The position numbers were made by a program, and so were the translations under genes. Of a DNA stretch of 64,000 nucleotides, positions 52,570-60,885 are shown in pieces. Positions within the stretch are counted from its first letter, which is position 1; every line of letters starts with the position of its first letter. This stretch comes from Candidatus Peribacteria bacterium. Its GTDB lineage: Bacteria; Patescibacteriota; Gracilibacteria; UBA1369; LOWO2-01-FULL-3. Below the pieces are notes generated by a model. It searched no databases, was not told the origin of the DNA, and saw nothing but the letters and a program-made list of their open reading frames with translations. The stretch spans positions 34,941-98,940 of the forward strand of contig CALRGV010000003.1 of assembly GCA_943358175.1 (NCBI GenBank), given 5' to 3'.

Positions 52570-54393
52570 AAACGCTCTGGCACGGAAGTTCCAATTTCTT
52601 CCCGCTTCTCTGATTATTGCTTGTGAGCGGGCTAAAACTTCTGCGGATAGTACTGATGGATCCGGTGTTTTGCCTTTTTCTCCGGCATGAATTTGAATTT
52701 CAGGATGTTTGTCCTGAAGTTCTTTGAGAGTTGTCAATAATCTTCGTTTGAAAACGCTGATGGCCGCGCCTACATCCTGGACTTCGTCCTGTCTCACAAT
52801 TTCACCGGGCGCTTTTTCATTTGACCAGATTGTGAAGCGCGTGTGAGGATCTCGACCCAGGTGTCCGTAGCGGTACATTTTTATGTTGGAGTGTTTGGTT
52901 TTTGCAATTCCTCCGATGTAGGTCATAACGTGTTCTTCGTAATCGAAGAAAGCGCGAAGGATCTCGTGGTAAATTGATTGGAGTTGAGTTGGGTTTAGTT
53001 GGTGATTTTTATCAATGCTGAAATTGATGTCTAATGAAGTGGAAAATGGTTTTGTTTGTGAATGAGTCACTTGTCTCTTTGCCAGTTCCGGAATTGCTTC
53101 TCTCAAAATACGCATGCTTTCCAGGTTTTCGGCAATATCTTTTGATCCTGCCGTTTCGCCGGCCACCGGAATTACCTCGGCAATTTTTTCCAGTTCCCCT
53201 AGAGTTGATAGTATATTGTCGTTGGCATCTTCGCATAATTGGTGAAAAGTTTTTGTGGAATTTCCTGTCACGTATACGCAGTATTCTGAATTTGCTCGAG
53301 TCATTTCTTTGAGAATTTGGTCGGTGAGAGAATCTTGGCGAGTTTTGTTTACCAATTCTATCGAGGCTTTATCCATTATTTCTATTCCATCTACGCTATC
53401 AGATCCTGCAGCTGAGGATAGGATGCCATTGTCGAATTTTAAATTAAAATATGGTGCAAGTTTGGCCAATATGGCTGCGGCGTTTTTTGAATAGTCCTGG
53501 TGGCCGGTCGTGTTTTTCAGAATGATTCTAAAGCCGAAACGGTTAACAGGTCGTTTTAAAACTTTTAATTCCAGTTTCGTGTGCCCTCCTTCGTGCCCTC
53601 CAAGGCCTTCGTGTTCTTTAATTTCTTCTTTAGTTTTTAGGCTTTTAATTTCTTTTCCATTTGTCATGTTTATTTTGATGGCAATTTCAGAGAGTTTAAT
53701 GCCGGATGGTCCTTGGCCACCTGTGGCATAAACGGCTCCAACAAGAGCTTCTTCTATGCTGGTAATATCTACGGCCACCCAGTATTCAGGCCCCAATTCT
53801 TTGGCTATTATTTTGTTTACTTGGTCGTAAGTTAGGCCGGCACCGATAGTGACGGTGTGCATGTCGGTGCCAAGTTTGTCCCGATTTATTAGGAGCTGGT
53901 TACTTTTGTTTTCTATGTATTCTTTGGGATCGGTGGATCTCAATTCTGCGTTATCCGAAATACCTTTTGGTTTAATGGCAATTACGCCGCGAAGACCTTC
54001 GGGTTGTCTTTTGTCTGAGCCAAAATTTTCTGTGGCACTGGTGAGAGCTCCAATGAAAACTATGCCGAGATTTAATTTCAAAGCGAGTTTTGCGGCTTCG
54101 TGAGGATTATCTGTTTCAAGTTTAAAATTACAAGGTAGGGCCTTGCCGGCGTAGTCTTTGAGGGGGGCTTTGGCGTTGATGAAAGTAGTTTCGCCGAGGT
54201 GTCGGAATCTCATCATGAGGGCCGCATGCTCTATTGCTTGGGCTATTTCGTTTGTTGGTGAGGGAAGTGGGTCGCTATGTGTTGGAGCGCGTTCGACTAT
54301 GATGTGTTGGGGGCCTGTTTCCGTTGTAAAATTACCGGCGCTTTGTGCGCTATTTGAGGGGTTTTCCGGAGCGCTTAGTGTATCTCTATCCAT
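52525..54393 (-). CDS. large protein with FAD_binding_4 (PCMH-type) oxidase-like domain
   Basis: IVFIGALTSATENFG and VTIGAGLTYDQVNKIIAKELGPEYWVAVDITSIEEALVGAVYATGGQGPSG resemble the FAD-binding domain of FAD-linked oxidases. The 3' end overlaps the convergent FTR1 gene by 45 nt. Confidence 0.45.
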   Translation of the reverse strand: MDRDTLSAPENPSNSAQSAGNFTTETGPQHIIVERAPTHSDPLPSPTNEIAQAIEHAALMMRFRHLGETTFINAKAPLKDYAGKALPCNFKLETDNPHEAAKLALKLNLGIVFIGALTSATENFGSDKRQPEGLRGVIAIKPKGISDNAELRSTDPKEYIENKSNQLLINRDKLGTDMHTVTIGAGLTYDQVNKIIAKELGPEYWVAVDITSIEEALVGAVYATGGQGPSGIKLSEIAIKINMTNGKEIKSLKTKEEIKEHEGLGGHEGGHTKLELKVLKRPVNRFGFRIILKNTTGHQDYSKNAAAILAKLAPYFNLKFDNGILSSAAGSDSVDGIEIMDKASIELVNKTRQDSLTDQILKEMTRANSEYCVYVTGNSTKTFHQLCEDANDNILSTLGELEKIAEVIPVAGETAGSKDIAENLESMRILREAIPELAKRQVTHSQTKPFSTSLDINFSIDKNHQLNPTQLQSIYHEILRAFFDYEEHVMTYIGGIAKTKHSNIKMYRYGHLGRDPHTRFTIWSNEKAPGEIVRQDEVQDVGAAISVFKRRLLTTLKELQDKHPEIQIHAGEKGKTPDPSVLSAEVLARSQAIIREAGRNWNFRARAFLRSDNPPTNRPHSN

Positions 54394-54532
54394 AGGTTTG
54401 TATTATCTGTTGCGGAGATTAATCTACAGGTTTTTTGGATGAATTATAGTGTGTGTTATTTGTTTGATGAAATGACTCTTGTGTAAGCCGTTTTCTCTGA
54501 TATGATCTGTGTGTTGAAGTATCGTCAACATT

Positions 54533-55297
54533 ATGTCCCAACTAATCGAATCGTTTCTCAGAAACAATAATTTTAATAAAAAAGATGAGCAGATCTATCT
54601 GGATATTTTTAAACATGGGCAGTCTTTTGCGAGTTCAATTGCGGTGAGGACTGGAATTGATAGGACGACGGTTTATTCCGCGTTGAAGAGGTTGCTCAAA
54701 AAAGGTGTTATCGTGCAGACTCAGATGAATGATGTGAAGGCTTATATGGCGGTGTCGCCGGAGATTTTTATGGATAGTATTGAGAGGAAAATTAATGATT
54801 TAGAGGGGGAGAAAAAAATGGCTAGTTTGTTTGTGATGGAAATGAAAAATTTGAAAAAAAATGATTTTGTTGAACCGAAAATTAAGATTTTCGAAGGAGA
54901 TGATGCGATCATTAATTTATACAGTCAGACTTTAGAAAAGGGCGGTTTGCAGAAATCTTTTCTGACTTTGGATTCTTTTCCTGTGGGTTTAAAAGATTTT
55001 TTAACGAAGCAATTTATTGAATTAAAAAAACGAAAAAAAGTTTTCAGTAGGGTTATTGTGGCGGAAGGAAAAAGGAGCGAGAGGTATAAGTCTTTGGATG
55101 GCGTTTCCAATCGAGAAACGAAGATTGTACGTGGCCATCCCTTTCAGCTTCACGCAGAAATTATTTTATTTGGCGGGACTCAAGTGGCGATCATCGATTT
55201 TCATCAGCAAATTTATGGCATGGTGATAAATAGCGAGACTTTTTATAAGACGGTGGAGACGCTGTTTGATTTTGTGTGGCAGGCGAAGGTTTCTTAG
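54533..55297 (+). CDS. TrmB-family transcriptional regulator
   Basis: The N-terminal wHTH NFNKKDEQIYLDIFKHGQSFASSIAVRTGIDRTTVYSALKRLLKKGVIV matches the TrmB pattern. A C-terminal effector-like domain follows. Confidence 0.65.
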   Translation: MSQLIESFLRNNNFNKKDEQIYLDIFKHGQSFASSIAVRTGIDRTTVYSALKRLLKKGVIVQTQMNDVKAYMAVSPEIFMDSIERKINDLEGEKKMASLFVMEMKNLKKNDFVEPKIKIFEGDDAIINLYSQTLEKGGLQKSFLTLDSFPVGLKDFLTKQFIELKKRKKVFSRVIVAEGKRSERYKSLDGVSNRETKIVRGHPFQLHAEIILFGGTQVAIIDFHQQIYGMVINSETFYKTVETLFDFVWQAKVS

Positions 55298-55683
55298 AAA
55301 CCCAGCATCAAATCGCGAATATCCTGATCAATGAAATCTTGGTTCCAGACGGGGTCCCAGACGATGTTTATTTTGACGGATTTGATGTCGTGGTAGAGGA
55401 GCATGCGCGCTTCTATGTCTTTGAGGAGGGTAGGGGCATAGGGGCAAGCGGGCGTAGTCAGGCTCATGGTGATTTTGGCTTTGCCTGCTTTTATTTGGAC
55501 GTTGTAAATGAGTCCGAGGTCCACGACGCCGAGATTGATTTCCGGGTCGATGACTTTGTTTAGTTCTTGCCAGTAGGGCTCAACGCGCAGTTCGCGGGGG
55601 ACGGGAAATTTGCGCTTGGCTGGCGCAGGGTGGGTAGTGCCAGATTTTTTTGATGTAGGCTTTTTTGTTATTTTCTTTGTCAT
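55294..55683 (-). CDS. DUF59/MIP18-family Fe-S assembly protein (SufT-like)
   Basis: VIDPEINLGVVDLGLIYNV...MSLTTPACPYAPTLLKDIE. Confidence 0.75.
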   Translation of the reverse strand: MTKKITKKPTSKKSGTTHPAPAKRKFPVPRELRVEPYWQELNKVIDPEINLGVVDLGLIYNVQIKAGKAKITMSLTTPACPYAPTLLKDIEARMLLYHDIKSVKINIVWDPVWNQDFIDQDIRDLMLGF

Positions 55684-55755
55684 CTTGATTAGTGTTTAAA
55701 TTATTTTGTAATTCATCGGCGCCGGTACTTTCTGATCTGTAAATTTCGACAAGTC

Positions 55756-56142
55756 TTATTTTTTAGCTGCGGGGGCGCCGCAAAGTATTGCCGCCTTTTT
55801 TGCCGTAACTAATCCAAGCAGTGCGCATTTTACACGAGCTGGGCTGATGGGAATGTTAAGCATTTTGTAAATCATTTCGTTGTCGATTTTTTTTATTTGG
55901 GCGGGAGTTTTGCCGATTAATTTTTCGGTGAGCATGGAGGTGGCGGCTTGGCTGATGGCGCAGCCTTCTCCGCTGAATTTGGCTTCGAGGACTTTGCCTT
56001 TTTTGTCTAACAGTAAGTCCACGCGGATTTTGTCACCGCAGGTGGGATTATCTTCCGTGGCGGTGCCTGTAGGTTCGACGATTTTACCTTTGTTTACAGG
56101 ATTTTTGAAGTAGTCGAGAATGATTTCGGAGTAGAGATCCAT
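55756..56142 (-). CDS. sufU: SufU/IscU-type Fe-S cluster scaffold / sulfur acceptor
   Basis: LYSEIILDYFKNPVNKG, NPTCGDKIRV, GEGCAISQAATSML, ARVKCALL. Confidence 0.85.
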   Translation of the reverse strand: MDLYSEIILDYFKNPVNKGKIVEPTGTATEDNPTCGDKIRVDLLLDKKGKVLEAKFSGEGCAISQAATSMLTEKLIGKTPAQIKKIDNEMIYKMLNIPISPARVKCALLGLVTAKKAAILCGAPAAKK

Positions 56143-57389
56143 TATTTGAATAATTTTATAGTTTTTTTCAGTGCTATTTCGGCACGATCGATGTCAGCCT
56201 TCGTGTTGTAAAAATAAAAGCTCATACGGGCGGTGGAAGAAAGGTTGAGATGTTCGATTAATGGCTGGCTGCAGTGATAACCGGAGCGAATTGCTACGCC
56301 TTCGTCATTGAAAATTGTGGCAATGTCGTGGGGGTGGATGCCTTTGATTGAGAAAGAAAGGATAGAGCTGACTTGGGAGGAGTCGAAGGTGGCGGATTTG
56401 TATGTTGGCAGGATAAGGCTGACACCGTGTTTTTCATATTTGGAAAATTTCGCTACAGCATATTTTAATAATTTTTGATCGTGCTTGTGAATGTTTTCCA
56501 GGCCGATTTTTTCTAGATAGGTGAGAGCGGCATCGAAGGCAATTACATCGGCAATATTTGGGGTGCCGGCTTCGAATTTCCAAGGGAGATCGTTCCAATA
56601 AGCTTTGTGTTGTTCCACGGATTTCACCATGTCGCCGCCGAACATAAAGGGATTCATGTCGGAGAGAATTTCGTATTTGCCATAGAGTACGCCAACGCCG
56701 GTAGGTCCGAGCATTTTGTGGCTGGAGAATGCTAGGAAATCGCAGTCGAGTTTTTTTACATCGGTGGGTAGGTGAGCGACGCTTTGAGCGGCATCGACGA
56801 GTACTAGTGCGCCGACTTTATGTGCTGCTTTGATAATTTTTGAAAGGTCTGGCATGTAGCCGAGCACATTCGACATGGCGGTGATACTGACTAGTTTAGT
56901 TTTCTTGCTTAGCATTTTTTCGTAAGCGGGGAGGTCTAGAGTGAGATCTTTTTTGATCGGAATAATTTTCAGAGTGGCATTTTTGCGACGACAAAGTTCC
57001 TGCCAAGGTACGAGGTTAGAGTGATGTTCGATAGCGCTGACAATGATTTCATCGCCTGACTTTATGTTCTCTTCTCCCCAGCTGTAAGCTACTAAATTAA
57101 TTGCTTCGGTTGTATTGCGAGTGAAAATAATTTCTTTTGGAAGATTGGCGTTGATGAATTTCATCACGTGTTCACGGGTGTTTTCGTAGGCGATGGTGGC
57201 TTCTTCGGACATAGTGTGAATGCCGCGGTGAGTGTTGGAATTAAAATTTTCGTAGTAATTGGAAATGGTATTGATAACGGATTTTGGCTTCTGGCTGGTT
57301 GAGGCATTATCAAGATAGACAAGCGGTTTGCCGTTTATCTTGCGGGAGAGAATAGGAAAGTCTTTTTTTACTTTTTTCGGGTCGAACAT
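56142..57389 (-). CDS. sufS: cysteine desulfurase SufS (group II)
   Basis: YLDNASTSQKP, SAIEHHSN, FSSHKMLGPTGVGVLYG (PLP Lys), RSGYHCSQPL (active-site Cys loop). Confidence 0.9.
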   Translation of the reverse strand: MFDPKKVKKDFPILSRKINGKPLVYLDNASTSQKPKSVINTISNYYENFNSNTHRGIHTMSEEATIAYENTREHVMKFINANLPKEIIFTRNTTEAINLVAYSWGEENIKSGDEIIVSAIEHHSNLVPWQELCRRKNATLKIIPIKKDLTLDLPAYEKMLSKKTKLVSITAMSNVLGYMPDLSKIIKAAHKVGALVLVDAAQSVAHLPTDVKKLDCDFLAFSSHKMLGPTGVGVLYGKYEILSDMNPFMFGGDMVKSVEQHKAYWNDLPWKFEAGTPNIADVIAFDAALTYLEKIGLENIHKHDQKLLKYAVAKFSKYEKHGVSLILPTYKSATFDSSQVSSILSFSIKGIHPHDIATIFNDEGVAIRSGYHCSQPLIEHLNLSSTARMSFYFYNTKADIDRAEIALKKTIKLFK

Positions 57390-58012
57390 TAGGCGAGTTT
57401 GATTCCTTTAAGAGCTGTTTCTATTTGGTCCATTAATGATTTTTGCACTTTTTCATCTGGAATATGTTTGAGTTCGCTTTCCAGAAAATTTCTGATGAGC
57501 AATACTTTTGCAGATTTTTTGTCTAGGCCGCGACTCTCTAAATAAAAGGAAAGATCTTCGTCTATGCTGCCAATGGTTGCGGCGTGACCGGCTTTAACAT
57601 CGTCATTTTCAATTTCAAGACAAGGTACGGTAGTGGTCTTGGCGTTCTTGGATAACATCAATGTGTGATGAGCGAGATAACAATCAGTTGAGCTGGCATT
57701 TTTTTCAATTTTTAAATTGCCGGTATAGGCGACTTCCGATTCATCAAAAAGTGCGGAGCGTACGGTATAATAGGCTTTAGTATTGCGATTTTTGTGAAGG
57801 GAAAGTGTTTCCATGGGAAATTTTTCTTTGTTGCGGCCAATCATAATCGCTAGAAAATGGAGGGTGGCGTTTTCTTCTTTGAATTCGAAAGTGAGACGTT
57901 GGGTTTCGTCCCAACCTTTATCGAGAAAAACCACATAGCCCAGAGTCTGGTCACGTTTGACCTGAATGGTTTGGTTGGAAATTTTGTCTGTGATGGTGAG
58001 TTTGTAGGACAT
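57389..58012 (-). CDS. sufD: SufD-like Fe-S assembly protein, short form
   Basis: HTLMLSKNAKTTTVPCLEIENDDVKAGHAATIGSIDEDLSFYLESRGL is the conserved SufB/D C-terminal core. At 207 aa it is about half the usual SufD length. Confidence 0.7.
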   Translation of the reverse strand: MSYKLTITDKISNQTIQVKRDQTLGYVVFLDKGWDETQRLTFEFKEENATLHFLAIMIGRNKEKFPMETLSLHKNRNTKAYYTVRSALFDESEVAYTGNLKIEKNASSTDCYLAHHTLMLSKNAKTTTVPCLEIENDDVKAGHAATIGSIDEDLSFYLESRGLDKKSAKVLLIRNFLESELKHIPDEKVQKSLMDQIETALKGIKLA

Positions 58013-58020
58013 AATATTTG

Positions 58021-59442
58021 TTAGCCGACGCTGCCGGTCATTTCCAATTCAATTAGGCGATTCAATTCTAGAGCGTATTCCATTGGCAATTGCTTGATAA
58101 TTGGTTTTGCAAAGCCGTTTACGATGGCGGAGGCGGCTTCTTCTTCGGTGAGACCACGTGACATTAAATAGAATAATTGTTCCTCGCCGATTTTAGAAAC
58201 GGTTGCTTCGTGAGCAATAGTTACTTCGCTTTCTTCGATTTGCATGGTTGGATATGTGTCGGAACGGGAAGCGCCATCCAGTAAAAGTGCGTCACAGGAG
58301 ACGTGACTCTTGATGTTTTTGGCACCTTTGGAAACTTTTAGCAGTCCGCGATACGTCGAGCGGCCACTGCCTTTACTGATTGATTTAGCAACGATTTTTG
58401 AAGTGGTATTTGGGGCATTATGAACGATTTTTGCACCGGCGTCTTGATGCTGATTCGTATTGGCAAAAGCCAAAGATTGCACTTCGCCGCGGGCACCCGG
58501 TTCCATCAAAAAGATTGCCGGATATTTCATGGTGAGCTTTGAGCCCAGATTACAATCGAGCCAGAACATTTCGGCGTCGCGATAGGCGAAAGCGCGCTTG
58601 GTAACAAGGTTGTAGACGTTAGTAGACCAGTTTTGAATAGTCGTATATTGGACGCGAGCACCTTTTTTTACGATGATTTCCACTACTGCCGAGTGGAGGG
58701 AATCGGTGGAATAAGTGGGCGCTGTGCAACCCTCTACATAATGTACGGAAGAGCCTTCGTCGGCGATAATTAGCGTTCTTTCAAATTGGCCCATGTTCTC
58801 GGCATTGATGCGGAAGTAAGCTTGTAGAGGAAGTTCTATGTGGACATTTTTTGGGACATAAATAAATGAGCCGCCGGACCAAACTGCTGAGTTTAAAGCG
58901 GAAAATTTGTTGTCGTGAGCGGGAATTACTTTGCCAAAATATTGTTTGAAAAGTTCGGGATATTTTTGGAGAGCGACATCGGTAGATTCGAAAATTACGC
59001 CTTTTTTTGTGAGATTTTTTTGGAGAGAATGGTAAATCATCTCGGATTCAAATTGGGCTCCGGTGCCTGCGAGGAATTTTCTTTCAGCTTCCGGAATTCC
59101 CAGTTTTTCGAAAGTATTTTTAATGTCTAACGGTACGTCATTCCAATCTGTTTTTGGTTTATCTTGCGGTTGCAAATAATAGTGAATTTTTTCAAAATTA
59201 ATTCCAGAGAGATCGCCGCCCCATTTTGGCATGGCTTTTTTTTCGAAAATTTCCAGAGCTTTGAGACGATAATCGAGCATCCATTTTGGTTCTTTTTTGC
59301 GATTGGAGATGCTTTCGACTATTTCGCGAGTCAGCCCTCCTTGAGGCGTTTTGAAAATCGCTTTATTTTTGGTTTTGAAACCAAATTTATAATTATCTAA
59401 AGTGTTTTTAACTAAATTTTGAGTTGAAACTGGAACTGCCAT
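58021..59442 (-). CDS. sufB: Fe-S cluster assembly protein SufB
   Basis: 473 aa: [60 protein letters not shown]. Confidence 0.9.
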   Translation of the reverse strand: MAVPVSTQNLVKNTLDNYKFGFKTKNKAIFKTPQGGLTREIVESISNRKKEPKWMLDYRLKALEIFEKKAMPKWGGDLSGINFEKIHYYLQPQDKPKTDWNDVPLDIKNTFEKLGIPEAERKFLAGTGAQFESEMIYHSLQKNLTKKGVIFESTDVALQKYPELFKQYFGKVIPAHDNKFSALNSAVWSGGSFIYVPKNVHIELPLQAYFRINAENMGQFERTLIIADEGSSVHYVEGCTAPTYSTDSLHSAVVEIIVKKGARVQYTTIQNWSTNVYNLVTKRAFAYRDAEMFWLDCNLGSKLTMKYPAIFLMEPGARGEVQSLAFANTNQHQDAGAKIVHNAPNTTSKIVAKSISKGSGRSTYRGLLKVSKGAKNIKSHVSCDALLLDGASRSDTYPTMQIEESEVTIAHEATVSKIGEEQLFYLMSRGLTEEEAASAIVNGFAKPIIKQLPMEYALELNRLIELEMTGSVG

Positions 59443-59443
59443 G

Positions 59444-60277
59444 TTATTTGATGTTTTTTAAAATTTTTTCATAACCATTTTTCTCCAATTCTTTCGCGAG
59501 TTTTTTATCTCCGGATTGGATGATTTTTCCTTTAGCCATAATGTGAACAAAATCAGGAGTGATGTAATTTAATAATCTTTGGTAATGAGTAATCAGGAGA
59601 ATTCCCATGCCATTTTTTTTGAATGTTTCAACTATACCTTCGGCAACAATTTTTAGTGCATCAATGTCGAGGCCGGAATCTATTTCATCGAGCATGGCAA
59701 TTTTTGGTTGTAATACGGCCATTTGGACAATTTCAGCGCGTTTTTTTTCGCCACCGGAGAATCCTTCATTCACAGAACGAGTGATGAATTTTTCATCCAT
59801 TTTAAGTAGGTTGGCAGTACCTTTAAGCATTGGCATGAATTCCATTGGAGAAATTTGTTTGGTTTCGCCGTTGGCTTTTAAATTTAAATTTCTGGCTAAT
59901 CGGAGAAAGCTTCCCATGCTTACGCCACTGATTTCAAGTGGGTTCTGGAAGCCAAGAAATAAGCCCAGGTGAGCTCTTTCATTTGGTTCGAGTTCGAGAA
60001 TTTCTTTGCCGTTAAATTTTGCGGATCCTTTGGTGACTTCGTACTTTGGATGTCCCATTAGAACATTGCAAAGCGTACTTTTACCGGAGCCGTTTGGTCC
60101 CATGATGGCGTGGATTTCGTTCGAACGGATAGTCAAATTTATGCCGTTCAAAATTTTCAATTCACCAATATTGGCGTGGAGATTGGTTATTTCCAATACA
60201 TCTATTTTATTTGGTCTTTCGTGGGAGCTAATTTTTTTGCTAGTTTTTGCCATTGGCTTAGTCAATGTTAGAGGCAT
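59444..60277 (-). CDS. sufC: Fe-S cluster assembly ATPase SufC
   Basis: Walker [11 protein letters not shown], signature FSGGEKKR, Walker [12 protein letters not shown]. The true start may be the internal MAKTSKK. Confidence 0.9.
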   Translation of the reverse strand: MPLTLTKPMAKTSKKISSHERPNKIDVLEITNLHANIGELKILNGINLTIRSNEIHAIMGPNGSGKSTLCNVLMGHPKYEVTKGSAKFNGKEILELEPNERAHLGLFLGFQNPLEISGVSMGSFLRLARNLNLKANGETKQISPMEFMPMLKGTANLLKMDEKFITRSVNEGFSGGEKKRAEIVQMAVLQPKIAMLDEIDSGLDIDALKIVAEGIVETFKKNGMGILLITHYQRLLNYITPDFVHIMAKGKIIQSGDKKLAKELEKNGYEKILKNIK

Positions 60278-60281
60278 GTTG

Positions 60282-60722
60282 TTATATGAAGTTATCTAAT
60301 GTTTTAGTATTGATCGCGTCTTGAATTTCTTTATTAATTTTTTCAAAAGTTGGACGCACTGAGCAATAATTTACTCTTTTGCAGGTGATTTTGCTAAGTT
60401 TATTTAAACAGGGGACTATGGCTATAGGACCTTCGAGTGCTTCAATGACTTGTCCGAGATTATAATCTTTCAATTCTCCGTTCAAACTATAGCCGCCAAG
60501 CTTACCTCTTTCCGATCTTATAAAACCGGCTTTTTGCAATAGTCCGGCGATTTTTTGCAGAAAAAGAAACGATACATCGTTTTCTACGGCAACTTTCTTG
60601 ATTGAAATCTGATTTTTGTCTTTGGCAAGAGCGGTTAATAAAATCATCCCATAATCCACTTTTTGGGTGAGATGGAGAGCGCCACTGCGTTGTTTCGGAT
60701 TGCAGGCGAAAGTTGTATTCAT
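60282..60722 (-). CDS. Rrf2-family transcriptional regulator (likely suf operon regulator)
   Basis: LTQKVDYGMILLTALAK...ISIKKVAVENDVSFLFLQKIAGLLQKAGFIRSERGKLGGY, with three Cys in the C-terminal part (CLNKLSKITCKRVNYC). The N-terminal about 17 aa of the listed ORF are doubtful. Confidence 0.75.
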   Translation of the reverse strand: MNTTFACNPKQRSGALHLTQKVDYGMILLTALAKDKNQISIKKVAVENDVSFLFLQKIAGLLQKAGFIRSERGKLGGYSLNGELKDYNLGQVIEALEGPIAIVPCLNKLSKITCKRVNYCSVRPTFEKINKEIQDAINTKTLDNFI

Positions 60723-60749
60723 ACCAATCTAGTATTAATTGGGAGTTTT

Positions 60750-60778
60750 AATCTATAGTAAAGGCTAAAGTGTGTCAA
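60750..60778 (-). promoter_or_regulatory. candidate promoter for Rrf2-suf operon
   Basis: On the minus strand: TTGACA (60778-60773), 17-nt spacer, TAGATT (60755-60750). Confidence 0.4.
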
Positions 60779-60819
60779 ATTACTTTGGTATTGGTCGCGC
60801 ACTCCGCGCGACACGCGCT

Positions 60820-60847
60820 TTGAGCTTGTAACGTGAGTAGTTATAAT
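60820..60847 (+). promoter_or_regulatory. candidate promoter for the SLH/beta-propeller gene
   Basis: TTGAGC (60820-60825), 16-nt spacer, TATAAT (60842-60847). It is preceded by a GC-rich hairpin, gtcgcgc-actcc-gcgcgac (60794-60812). Confidence 0.45.
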
Positions 60848-60885
60848 CCGTATCAACTCAATGTTAGTAGATTTATTTTTTAAAA

